DNA of 43,950 nucleotides, from the NCBI GenBank assembly GCA_903921135.1, contig CAIXOY010000245.1, positions 1 through 43,950 on the forward strand. Direction: 5' to 3'. The position numbers were made by a program, and so were the translations under genes. This DNA is from an uncultured Gammaproteobacteria bacterium (GTDB lineage Bacteria > Pseudomonadota > Gammaproteobacteria > Pseudomonadales > UBA5518). Below, piece after piece: positions 1 to 8,118 of this stretch (its first letter is position 1; every line of letters begins with the position of its first letter). The notes beneath the pieces were generated by a model that saw only the letters and a program-made list of their open reading frames with translations, was not told the DNA's origin and ran no database searches.

Positions 1-1036
1 CAACCATGCCGGCTGCGGTCGCCGTGTTGGCCGTGGCGGGTGACTCGGCGGCCGGCCCTGCTGGCAGCCGCGTGACGAAGCGCAGCGCGCGCTCTTCGCT
101 GCGCACCCGATCGGCGTTGCGCAGTGCACCGCGCAGGCTGGCGTCCTCTTCCAGGCAGTGTGCCTCCGGCACGCGGGCGGCGAAGCGCGGCAGGCCGGCA
201 ACGCGCGCACCGAGCAGCAGGCTCGCGCCGCCACCTTCGCGCGCAAGGGCTTCCAGCAGGTCGGTGTAGATTGCCTGCGCCGCGTCCAGCATGTCCGCGG
301 CGCGCAGCGTCGCACGATGGCGATGATCCTGCTGGCGGATCTCGGCCTCCACGCTCTCCCGGGTTGCAAGCGCGTCCAGCCAGCCCGGAAGCCTGTCGTA
401 GAGCGCCTGCTCGCTTGCCGCGGCATGGAGCGGGTCGAAGCGGCACTGCTGTATGAAGGCCTCGGCCGCGCGACGTGCCCAACGGTCCTGCAGGGCGGTG
501 AGCCCCGTGCCGGGCAGGGTGCGCACGGCGCCGCGCGATAGCGTGCCTTGCTCGTGCTCGATGCGCGTGAGCACGGCCTGATGCAGTTGCAGCTCGAGAT
601 GTATCGCCGGCCCTGACAGGGGAACCGTAACGGCCGCTGCGAGTGCGCTGTCCACCAGCCCGCAGGCGCGGAACGGGCAGCGCTCGGCTATGCCCAGCAG
701 CAGCGCGAGTTGCTCGCGCGTGAAGCTGCCCGGCACGGCGAGCAGCAGTTCCGCCGGTTTGCCGCCCAGCTCGTGTACGTGCAGCAGATGCCGGTAGCCG
801 AGATCTGCGTGGTGGCGCGTGTGGGCCGGGGCGTGGTGCAGCGGTTCCGTGCCCAGCCGCTGCCAGAACTGGCTGAGCGTGCGGCGCGGATCGATGCGTG
901 CCGTGGACCGCGCCGCCTCGCCCATGACAGGCGCGTCTGCCGCCAGCAGCGCGAACGCAGGGCTGCGCGCGCGCACACCGTCCGCATCCCCCAGAAGCAG
1001 CGCTGCGTCGTTCAGTTCGAGTACCGCCAGGCTCAC
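1..1036 (-). CDS. Actin/Hsp70-fold (ASKHA-like) protein with degenerate nucleotide-binding loops; N-terminal 345 codons only, gene continues past the left edge
   Basis: Absent from the ORF track because it has no in-window stop. I translated the minus strand from GTG 1036-1034 (GTGA overlap with the upstream stop) and the frame stays open to position 2. MSLAVLELNDAALLLGD... and LLLAVPGSFTREQLALLLGIAERCPFRACGLVDSALAAA resemble the Hsp70/MreB 'VP..F...Q....A...AG....EP.AAA' segment. Confidence 0.6.
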   Translation of the reverse strand, partial: MSLAVLELNDAALLLGDADGVRARSPAFALLAADAPVMGEAARSTARIDPRRTLSQFWQRLGTEPLHHAPAHTRHHADLGYRHLLHVHELGGKPAELLLAVPGSFTREQLALLLGIAERCPFRACGLVDSALAAAVTVPLSGPAIHLELQLHQAVLTRIEHEQGTLSRGAVRTLPGTGLTALQDRWARRAAEAFIQQCRFDPLHAAASEQALYDRLPGWLDALATRESVEAEIRQQDHRHRATLRAADMLDAAQAIYTDLLEALAREGGGASLLLGARVAGLPRFAARVPEAHCLEEDASLRGALRNADRVRSEERALRFVTRLPAGPAAESPATANTATAAGMV

Positions 1037-1845
1037 GCGCGCATCTCCCGCGTTATCTTGAGGTGCGGCAGCAGCCGGTCCTCGCAGAAGGACTGCGCAT
1101 CCAGCGCCAGGCGCTCCTGCTGCAGCTGTATCTGGTGCATCAGGAACATGAGGATGATGCTGAGCAGCAGCGCGACCAGCGTGGAGTTGAAGGCCACGCC
1201 GAGCGCGTCCGTGACGCCGGCGATGTCGCCCTCCACCGCGCGGTAGGCCTCGCTCAGTGCCATGCCGATGCCGCGCACGGTGCCGATGAAGCCGATCGCC
1301 GGAATGGCCCAGGCGATGTAGCGGATCATCGAGAGCTCCGAGTCGAGACGCTCGCCCTCCGTCACGCAGGTCTCGCGTATCGCGCCCGAGGCATCCTGCA
1401 CGCCCTGCGTCACGGCGAAACGCTGCAGGCCGGCCACCAGCGCGCGCGGCAGCAGGCATTGCCGCGATTCGGGTGGCAGGGCCTGGATCGGGCGCAGGTA
1501 ATCGCGCGCGTCGTCGGGCAGGATGCTGGTGCCTGCGGGCACCTGCACCAGCGGCTCACGGAAGAGCGTGCGCTCGTGGCGCAGCTGCGCGCCCTTGAAG
1601 CCCATGATGGCGATGCACCAGAAGAACAGGATCACCTCGGACTCCTGCTCGTAGTCCTTGAGGATCACGAAAATGGACTGGGGCTGCGCCGTCGTGTCGC
1701 CGGCGGCGATGCGCTCGGCCTGCGCGCTCAGGTGTGCCTCCGCGCGCGGCCACACCACAGCCACCCAGACCGTGTGCACCACGATCAGCGAGAGCAGCAG
1801 CGCGAATATCTGGAACAGGAACTCGGAGGCAAGGAGACGTTTCAT
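1033..1845 (-). CDS. MotA/TolQ/ExbB proton-channel family protein (270 aa)
   Basis: N-terminal TM helix plus C-terminal TM pair. These carry the family-typical MIRYIAWAIPAIGFIGTVRGIGMALSEA and TDALGVAFNSTLVALLLSIILMFL segments. Stop overlaps the downstream GTG start. Confidence 0.85.
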   Translation of the reverse strand: MKRLLASEFLFQIFALLLSLIVVHTVWVAVVWPRAEAHLSAQAERIAAGDTTAQPQSIFVILKDYEQESEVILFFWCIAIMGFKGAQLRHERTLFREPLVQVPAGTSILPDDARDYLRPIQALPPESRQCLLPRALVAGLQRFAVTQGVQDASGAIRETCVTEGERLDSELSMIRYIAWAIPAIGFIGTVRGIGMALSEAYRAVEGDIAGVTDALGVAFNSTLVALLLSIILMFLMHQIQLQQERLALDAQSFCEDRLLPHLKITREMRA

Positions 1846-1884
1846 CGACGTGGCTCGTGTCCTGGTGGGTGGTTGGCCATGGGC

Positions 1885-2151
1885 TCAGATGTCGGAGGGA
1901 AACGACACCGAGAGGTCTTCGGAGATTTTCTCGGACGGGTTGAAGCGCTCATTGGCCTTGCGGGTGGCGGCGGCTTCGTCCGATGCGCTGCTGCCGTCCT
2001 TGTCGCCCCCGTCGGCTTTTTTTCCTGGAGCGCTTGACGCTTTTGCAGGAGACGCTGTTGCGGTGACCGGCGCCGGTGCTGGCGAGGGTTCTGCCGCGCG
2101 CAGTACTGCCGACATCGAGAGCATCAGCGCGACCCAGTGCAACCGCCTCAC
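1885..2151 (-). CDS. Small secreted or anchored Ala/Pro/Ser-rich protein (88 aa), no recognisable family
   Basis: GTG start at 2151 overlaps the TGA of the upstream gene (GTGA). Hydrophobic N-terminus WVALMLSMSAVLRA-AE looks like a signal peptide. The rest is low complexity, so coding status is less certain. Confidence 0.5.
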   Translation of the reverse strand: MRRLHWVALMLSMSAVLRAAEPSPAPAPVTATASPAKASSAPGKKADGGDKDGSSASDEAAATRKANERFNPSEKISEDLSVSFPSDI

Positions 2152-4235
2152 TTGAGATACCTCGCAATCCGGAATCCCACGTCAGCGCGGGCCTCCGAGC
2201 CGTAGTCCCGGAAGGCGAGCCGCAGTTCCGTGAGGCCGCCGTGGCGCCAGCTCGCACCGCGTATCACGTGGTACTCGCCGATGTCCGCGCCGAAGGGGTC
2301 GGTCTCGACGCCTGCGCCGGGCGGAGCCGCGTCGTAGATGTCGTGGACCCATTCTGCCGCATTGCCGCCGAGGTCGAACAGGCCGAGCCGGTTTGGCGCG
2401 AAGCTGCGCACGGGAGCGGATACGGGGAAGCCGTCGTCGTAGCCGGCAATGATCTCGCCGAGGATGGTCTCGCCGCTCTTGTCGGCGTAGTTGCCTGCCT
2501 TGGGCCCAGGCGGAAGTGCAGCGCCCCACGGGAAGCGCAGCAGGTTGCCGTCCGTAGTGAGCGTGGCGGCCCACGCCCATTCCGCCTCGGTGGGCAGGCG
2601 GTAGCCGGTGGCGGTTTGGTCGATGCCTGTGATGGCCTTGCCGGAGACACGGTAGAAGGGCTTCAGCTTCTCCCGCTCGCTCAGCCAGTTGCAGTAGAGC
2701 GCCGCATCCGTCCAGCCCAGGTTCGTGGCGGGCTGCGTGTCACCGTTCAGGCTTTTGCCCTTGAAGTTGCCCGAGGAATGCGCGGGACGGAACTGCCGGA
2801 ACTCCGCGTTGCTCACCTCCGTCACGCTGAGGTAGTAGGGCCGCGTGAGGCGTATTTCGCGCATGGCCTCGTTGGCGCGTCTGCCCGATTCGCGTCGCGA
2901 GGAGCCCATGCGGAAACTCCCCGGGCGCATCAGCGCGAGCTCCTGCCCGGCGGCCGTGCGCAGTTGCGTGCGCGTGGCGGCTTCTTCTTTTTGTGCGAGC
3001 GTCTTCAGCCTGAGGTTGAAGGCTTGCGGAAAGCCGGGGCGCGGCGTGACGCGCAGCGTCTCGTCCGCGTAGCCCTTGCGCCGCACGGTGAGCACCTGCT
3101 GCGCGGCGGGCAGGGAGAGGGTGGCGGTTCCTGTTGCAAGCTGGCGCTCGCCAGCGAAAATCCCCGCGTCTGCAGGCGACACGCTGAGCCGGATCTCCCC
3201 CGCGAGGGCGCGCAGCGAGAGCTTGATCTCCTGCTCGCCTGCCGTTGCGCTGAAGCGGCGCAGTGCTCGCTCGTGGCCTGCCTTGAAGGCGATCAGTTCG
3301 TGGGCTTTGCCCGATTCGAGCGCGATATCGAGGGGCGTTACGCCGCGGAACTGTCCGTCCAGCGTGATGCTGGCGCCGGCAGGCGTGCTCGAGATGCGCA
3401 ACTTCGCGTCGGCGCGCACCAGCGTCATGCGTGCGAGGCTGCGCTCTTCGCCGGCCTTTGCCTCGACGAACAGGGCCTCGTCGCGATGACCCGCAAGGCT
3501 CAGCTGCAATTGCCGCGGGCCTTGCATCAGTTCCAGCGTTACGGGCGTAGTGCCGATCGCTGCGCCATCCAGCGTGACCGTGGCGCCCGCGGGCTCGGTC
3601 TCGAGCCGGTAGCTTCCCCAGCCCGGCGCCAGTCGCAACTCCAGCGATTGCTGCTTGCCAAGGCCCTCCACCGTCAGGTCCTGCTCGAGCGGCAGGAAAC
3701 GGTCAGCCTCCACGCGCAGGCGGTGCAGCCCCGCAGGTATCTCGAGTTCACCTGCGTTGCTGTTGCCGATCGGGGTGCCGTCGACCAGTACACGCGCCTC
3801 CACCGGTTCCGTGCGCAGCGCGAGGAGTCCCGGCAGTTTCTCGAGCCGCAGCTGCAGCTCGTTGCTGCCGTTGTTGACGCTGAAGTCCTGCTCCAGCGAG
3901 TGGTAGCCGGGCGCGGTGGCGCGGACCTGATAGCTGCCCGTGCGCAGCAGCACGCTGCTGCCGAGCACGAGGTGCAGGCCGCCGTCGATATCGACGTGCG
4001 CCTCCGGAGGATCTGTTTGCACCCGCAGCGTTTGCGCGCTCAGCAGGAACCACGCGAAGAGCGCAATGGCGAGCAGCGCGGAGCCCACCATGATCTGGCG
4101 CTTGCCCGGGCGCCGTGCGGGCGTGGTGGCAGCGGCAGGATCCGGCGGGCTGTAGGCAAAGGGCGCGATGGGCGCATCGTGTGCGTCCTCGGCGGGTGAG
4201 CCGTTGCCGGTGGTCATCAGATTTTTTGCCCGCAT
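2148..4235 (-). CDS. TM-anchored periplasmic protein with several PEGA-like repeats and a C-terminal FGE-sulfatase (SUMF1/EgtB/PvdO) fold domain
   Basis: TM segment IMVGSALLAIALFAWFLLSA. Repeated beta-sandwich modules (V.VDG..iG.TP..l.l..G.H.l...), e.g. ARVLVDGTPIGNS...LEIPAGLHRLRVE and ATVTLDGAAIGTTPVTLELMQGPRQLQLS. C-terminal RPGSFRMGS...YYLSVTEVSNAEF...YRLPTEAEWAWAA...GNAAEWVHD...IRGASW motifs. An alternative ATG at 4217 gives an ATGA overlap with the upstream stop. Confidence 0.85.
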   Translation of the reverse strand: MRAKNLMTTGNGSPAEDAHDAPIAPFAYSPPDPAAATTPARRPGKRQIMVGSALLAIALFAWFLLSAQTLRVQTDPPEAHVDIDGGLHLVLGSSVLLRTGSYQVRATAPGYHSLEQDFSVNNGSNELQLRLEKLPGLLALRTEPVEARVLVDGTPIGNSNAGELEIPAGLHRLRVEADRFLPLEQDLTVEGLGKQQSLELRLAPGWGSYRLETEPAGATVTLDGAAIGTTPVTLELMQGPRQLQLSLAGHRDEALFVEAKAGEERSLARMTLVRADAKLRISSTPAGASITLDGQFRGVTPLDIALESGKAHELIAFKAGHERALRRFSATAGEQEIKLSLRALAGEIRLSVSPADAGIFAGERQLATGTATLSLPAAQQVLTVRRKGYADETLRVTPRPGFPQAFNLRLKTLAQKEEAATRTQLRTAAGQELALMRPGSFRMGSSRRESGRRANEAMREIRLTRPYYLSVTEVSNAEFRQFRPAHSSGNFKGKSLNGDTQPATNLGWTDAALYCNWLSEREKLKPFYRVSGKAITGIDQTATGYRLPTEAEWAWAATLTTDGNLLRFPWGAALPPGPKAGNYADKSGETILGEIIAGYDDGFPVSAPVRSFAPNRLGLFDLGGNAAEWVHDIYDAAPPGAGVETDPFGADIGEYHVIRGASWRHGGLTELRLAFRDYGSEARADVGFRIARYLK

Positions 4236-5764
4236 TGCACGACCACGGGCGCCGTTGCCTGCCCCGGGCGCAGCGAGAACTCCACGCGGACATCACGGAA
4301 GCCGTCCCGGCGCCCAACGGCAACGTAGTCGCCTGGCAGGAGCGAGAGTTCCTTCCCGGTGAAGTTCCCGAGGCTGCCGACGCGGAACACGATCACGTCG
4401 GTCTTGCCGTCGGAGCGCAGTTGCACGGGCAGCTCGGTGCGCATCGAGGCCAGGGTCTGCCGTGCCGCGGCGATCTGCCCCTTCAGTCGCGGCCCGGGTT
4501 CGGGTATCGCGGCAGCGGATGCTAGGAGCTTGTCGGCGGCTTTGCGGGCAGTGTCGTTGGCGAGTTTGCCGGGCTCCGCGGCGAGCCGCGCGAGCGCTTC
4601 GTCCAGCGCAAGCCGCGTGCGTGCCCGGTCGCCTCCGGTGCTGGCACTGCCGAGCGCCGGATCGACGGCCAGCGCGGACTCGTACTGTGCGAGGGCGCGT
4701 TTCCAGTCCTCGGCACGCTCAGCTTCCTCTGCCGCGCGCAGCAGCGTGCCGATGCGTTGCTGCCCCATCTGGAACTCGGCCTGCTGCAGACCCTCGCGCG
4801 CGGCGCTGCCACCGCCGAGCGGGATCGCCGCCTGGAATTCCTTGCGGGCGTCCTCGAGCCGCCCCGCAGCCAGAGCCGCGTAGCCCGCTGACATGCGTGC
4901 GGCGCTGCGCTCCCCCGTGATGCGCGCTTCCACCGCGGCCAGTGCCTGGCGCGCCGGCTCCCAGCCGTTGTCCAGCGTCAGCGCCTCCCGGTAGCTGGCG
5001 GCTGCCTGCTCGAATTGCCCTGCAGATTCCTGTGTCTTGCCCGACGCGAGGCGTGCGGCCAACTGATCGAGCTTGCGCGCGCGCTCCAGTCCCGCACTCG
5101 CACGTGCGTCAGCGGGCTCGATCGCTGCAGCCTCCGCGAAGGCTGCGAGCGCGGTGGCCTGATCGCCCGCCGCGAAGGCGGCATCACCGGCTGCGAGGCG
5201 TGCCTCGAGCCGTGCGGGGATGCCGTCGCGCAGTGCGCGCAGTGCGGTTTCTCCCTCGCGATAACGCGCTGTCGCATCCGTGAATCGCGATTCGCGATAG
5301 GCCGCGTCTCCTTGCTGTGCCAGCGCGATGGCGGCGTCGAAATCCGCTTTTGCCCAGGTGTCTGTCTTGCGCTCCTGAAGTTCGTATTGCAGGGAGAGGA
5401 GGGCGTCGAGGGCTGTCTTGGCGGCGGCGCGTTCGCGGTCGGACTGTGCCTGCTCCCACGGTGACTGGGCGGCCGAGGCGGCAGGCGCAGCGGCGGCCGC
5501 TGGCTTCGCAGCGGGGGGTGTTGCCGTAGGGCCGGGCGCGGTGCTGGCGGTAGTGGCGGCGGGTGCGCTGGCGGGCGGCGCGAGAAGATCGGGCAGCACG
5601 AAGAACACGCCCGCGGCCAGCAGCAGTAAGGCGCCTAGCACCGCGAACGCGCCGAGGGACGTGCTCCGCGCTTGCGCGGCCGGCAGTTGTGCTGCGGGTG
5701 CGCTGGCGGGCGGCGCCATATCGAGCGCTGCGGGCTGTATCCGGTCGAAATCGTGGTCTGACAT
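4217..5764 (-). CDS. TM-anchored Ala-rich TPR-like repeat protein with C-terminal beta-sandwich (PEGA-like) module
   Basis: Single TM (LGAFAVLGALLLLAAGVFFVL), then a Pro/Ala linker. Repeated helical hairpins follow (..A...Y.EA..LD......A...LA...). C-terminus VQLRSDGKTDVIVFRVGSLGNFTGKELSLLPGDYVAVGRRDGFRDVRVEFSL. Confidence 0.7.
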   Translation of the reverse strand: MSDHDFDRIQPAALDMAPPASAPAAQLPAAQARSTSLGAFAVLGALLLLAAGVFFVLPDLLAPPASAPAATTASTAPGPTATPPAAKPAAAAAPAASAAQSPWEQAQSDRERAAAKTALDALLSLQYELQERKTDTWAKADFDAAIALAQQGDAAYRESRFTDATARYREGETALRALRDGIPARLEARLAAGDAAFAAGDQATALAAFAEAAAIEPADARASAGLERARKLDQLAARLASGKTQESAGQFEQAAASYREALTLDNGWEPARQALAAVEARITGERSAARMSAGYAALAAGRLEDARKEFQAAIPLGGGSAAREGLQQAEFQMGQQRIGTLLRAAEEAERAEDWKRALAQYESALAVDPALGSASTGGDRARTRLALDEALARLAAEPGKLANDTARKAADKLLASAAAIPEPGPRLKGQIAAARQTLASMRTELPVQLRSDGKTDVIVFRVGSLGNFTGKELSLLPGDYVAVGRRDGFRDVRVEFSLRPGQATAPVVVQCGQKI

Positions 5765-5791
5765 GGAGGGGCTTCGAGCGCGGGATCCGGC

Positions 5792-6967
5792 TCAGATGCT
5801 ACCGGTCTCGGCTTCGTAGATGCCACGCAGGATTTCCCGCCATTGGCCGTACTGGTCCTGGACGCTTCCTGTCAGCGTGACGCTGCGATCCTCGAGTTCG
5901 ATCACCTGCGGTTCAATCTCTGCGCTCAAAGAGCCGCCGAGTTCTTTCAGGGTCTCGGCGTGCATCTTCGATTCGGCGCGCTTGTCGAAGCCGCTCTTCA
6001 CCATCGCGGCGCCACCGATGATGCCGACGGTACCTGCCGCGCGCGTCGCGGCGCTGTCTCCCGTCTGTGCCGCGATACCGGCCAGGATCGAGGCCACGCC
6101 GGCAATGGTGCGGCCTGTGGCCTGCGCGCGCAGTTCCCGGTAGGCGATGCTCTCGGAGTAGCTCTCCTTGCGCCAGTCCTGGTAGGGGCCGGACATCTGC
6201 TTCGAGAAGCCGGTGTAGTAGTCCTGCAGCGTGTCGACGAAGAGGTTGTCACGCTCGCGGATGCGGCGGATGCGTTCGAGCATCGGGTCGTTCTCGGCCG
6301 GGAGTCGCCGTACGCTCACGCGGCCCTTCTTGTCGATGTCGAGGAAGCCGCCGAAAGCCTTGGGCGCGAAGCTCTGGGCGAAGCGCAGTTCGCTGATGGT
6401 GCGCAGGCGCGTGGCCTCGGCTGCGGGCAACTTGGCGCGCGCCAGCGCGAGATCGTTGGCGATGCGGTTGTACACGTCCTGGAAGGGTTCGGGCACGCGC
6501 TTGCCCTCGTAGGAGTATTTGCTGGCGTAGCCCTCGTACTGCTTCGTGTACCAGGCAGCACCGGCAGCGTCCGAGACGCTGATCTCGAGCGAGAGTTTCT
6601 CGCCGGTGGACTCGAGGATCTTGCCCGCCACCACGATGTCGCTGATGCCCGTTTCCGTGGGTGCCACTCGCACTGCGCCCCAGTGGCCGCTTTTCTGCAG
6701 CGTGTCGGCGAGTGCCGTGGGCATGTAGCGCGCTTCGGCCTTGCGGATCTCGGGCGAGGTGAAAATCTCCTCCTCTGTGAGCTTTGCGGTGTTCGGGTCG
6801 AAGAGCCTCACGCCCACGTCGAGGAGCTGGTCCTCGGGCATGGAGGGATCTCCTGCTATGACGGGCGTCACCTCGGTGGTGCGCACCGTGCTGGAGGAGC
6901 AGCCACCTAGCAGCAGCGCCACCAGGGAAAGCAACGCCAGTCGGGCGCCGGTGCTGCGCAGGGACAT
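5792..6967 (-). CDS. Lipoprotein with C-terminal glycine-zipper segment (391 aa), unknown function
   Basis: Lipobox LLLGG-C at residues 19-23. C-terminal IAGVASILAGIAAQTG...GTVGIIGGAAMVKSG glycine zipper. ATG 6967-6965 overlaps the upstream TGA (ATGA). Confidence 0.7.
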   Translation of the reverse strand: MSLRSTGARLALLSLVALLLGGCSSSTVRTTEVTPVIAGDPSMPEDQLLDVGVRLFDPNTAKLTEEEIFTSPEIRKAEARYMPTALADTLQKSGHWGAVRVAPTETGISDIVVAGKILESTGEKLSLEISVSDAAGAAWYTKQYEGYASKYSYEGKRVPEPFQDVYNRIANDLALARAKLPAAEATRLRTISELRFAQSFAPKAFGGFLDIDKKGRVSVRRLPAENDPMLERIRRIRERDNLFVDTLQDYYTGFSKQMSGPYQDWRKESYSESIAYRELRAQATGRTIAGVASILAGIAAQTGDSAATRAAGTVGIIGGAAMVKSGFDKRAESKMHAETLKELGGSLSAEIEPQVIELEDRSVTLTGSVQDQYGQWREILRGIYEAETGSI

Positions 6968-8118
6968 CAGGACTTCCTCTTTGCCGAATTCACGTACTTG
7001 CGGTACTCGTCCCAGAGCTTGTCGCGCAGCTCGGGGTCTTTTTCCTTCATCGCGGCCTCGCGGATCTGGCGCGCCACCACGTCATCGTCGCTGCCGTCGG
7101 GGATGTCCGGCGGGGGCGTGTTGGTGGCCGCGGCATGGGTATAGTCTCCCTTGCGGCCTTTGCCGCCGCCGATAGTCGACATGCCAGAGCCGCTGGAGGC
7201 ATCGTTTTCGGTGGGCGCGCCACCGCCTTCCCCGCCTTGCTGCGGCGCCGGGCCCTCGCGCACGCTGCCGTAGCTGCCCTCGGAGCTTTCTTCTCCGCCC
7301 GCGGCCTCCGGGTCCAGCATGCCAGCGCTCTCTGCCTGCGAGGCGCCGCTTCCGGTGTCTTCGGCCTTGGCCTGCACACGGTCGCGCTCGCCGAGCATCG
7401 CACCGTCAAACCGTCCCAGCGAGGCATTGAGTTCGGCGTTCAATCGTTCGGCCTCGCTGCCACCCGCTTCGTTGCCGCTGCCGCCGCCGTTCACGGCCTG
7501 CTCGATGTCTTCCGGGCTGCCGGGCTCCCCGCCGCCGGCCTGCCCGGCCTCGCCTTGCGCTGCAGCTGATGCACTCGCGCTGCCCTGACTGTCATCCAGA
7601 CTGGGCTCGGCGGACTCGCGTTTCATCGCTTCCACGGCGTCTTCGAGCACCGCTTCCTCGCTGGCCGCGGCAGAGGCTTCGGCGGCTGCCGCGGCGGCCT
7701 CAGCCTGGGCTTTTTTCTTCTCGCTGTCTTCCAGCATCACCTCGTCGCTGGGTGTTCCCTCGCCGCTGTCTCCGGGTTCACCGCCCTGCTCCCACGGCGG
7801 GCGACGCTCGGCCGACGCCGCACCTGAACTCGCCTGTTGTTCGCTCTTGCTGCCGGGGCTTCCCGGACTGCCGGGCATGGACGGCATGGACGGAGAGCCC
7901 GCGCTGGGGGAGCTGCTGGCGGGTGAAGAGGGGCTGCTGCGTGAACTGCTGCTGGAGGAGGAGCTGCTGGACGACGAGGAGCTGCTCGAGGGCATCGAGC
8001 TGCTGCTCGTGGGCATCTGGGCCGACGGGGGCTGACTGCTGCTGGAGGTGGTCTTGCAGCCGCCCATCAGCGCAGCCAGGACGACGGGCAGAAGCAGCCG
8101 CGGATGCAATGCGTTCAC
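6967..8118 (-). CDS. Ser-rich, acidic, largely disordered lipoprotein (383 aa) with conserved-looking charged C-terminal helix
   Basis: Lipobox ALMGG-C. A 16-residue poly-Ser run, then long Glu/Ala/Gly/Ser low complexity. Ordered-looking tail DIPDGSDDDVVARQIREAAMKEKDPELRDKLWDEYRKYV. GTG 8118-8116 overlaps the upstream TGA. Confidence 0.7.
   Translation of the reverse strand: MNALHPRLLLPVVLAALMGGCKTTSSSSQPPSAQMPTSSSSMPSSSSSSSSSSSSSSSSRSSPSSPASSSPSAGSPSMPSMPGSPGSPGSKSEQQASSGAASAERRPPWEQGGEPGDSGEGTPSDEVMLEDSEKKKAQAEAAAAAAEASAAASEEAVLEDAVEAMKRESAEPSLDDSQGSASASAAAQGEAGQAGGGEPGSPEDIEQAVNGGGSGNEAGGSEAERLNAELNASLGRFDGAMLGERDRVQAKAEDTGSGASQAESAGMLDPEAAGGEESSEGSYGSVREGPAPQQGGEGGGAPTENDASSGSGMSTIGGGKGRKGDYTHAAATNTPPPDIPDGSDDDVVARQIREAAMKEKDPELRDKLWDEYRKYVNSAKRKS

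Noticed and set aside
1033-1845. MotA-like gene as part of a Zorya-type anti-phage system or a flagellar stator
   Set aside because: There is no MotB/ZorB-like OmpA-domain partner, no ZorC/D-like helicase or nuclease genes and no flagellar genes nearby. The neighbours are envelope structural-type proteins.
2148-3050. True formylglycine-generating enzyme serving a sulfatase
   Set aside because: There is no catalytic Cys pair in the C-terminal part of the domain and no sulfatase gene in the window.
2076-4199. 707-aa plus-strand ORF
   Set aside because: Antisense to the PEGA/FGE-fold gene. Low-complexity Arg/Ala/Gly composition and no motifs.
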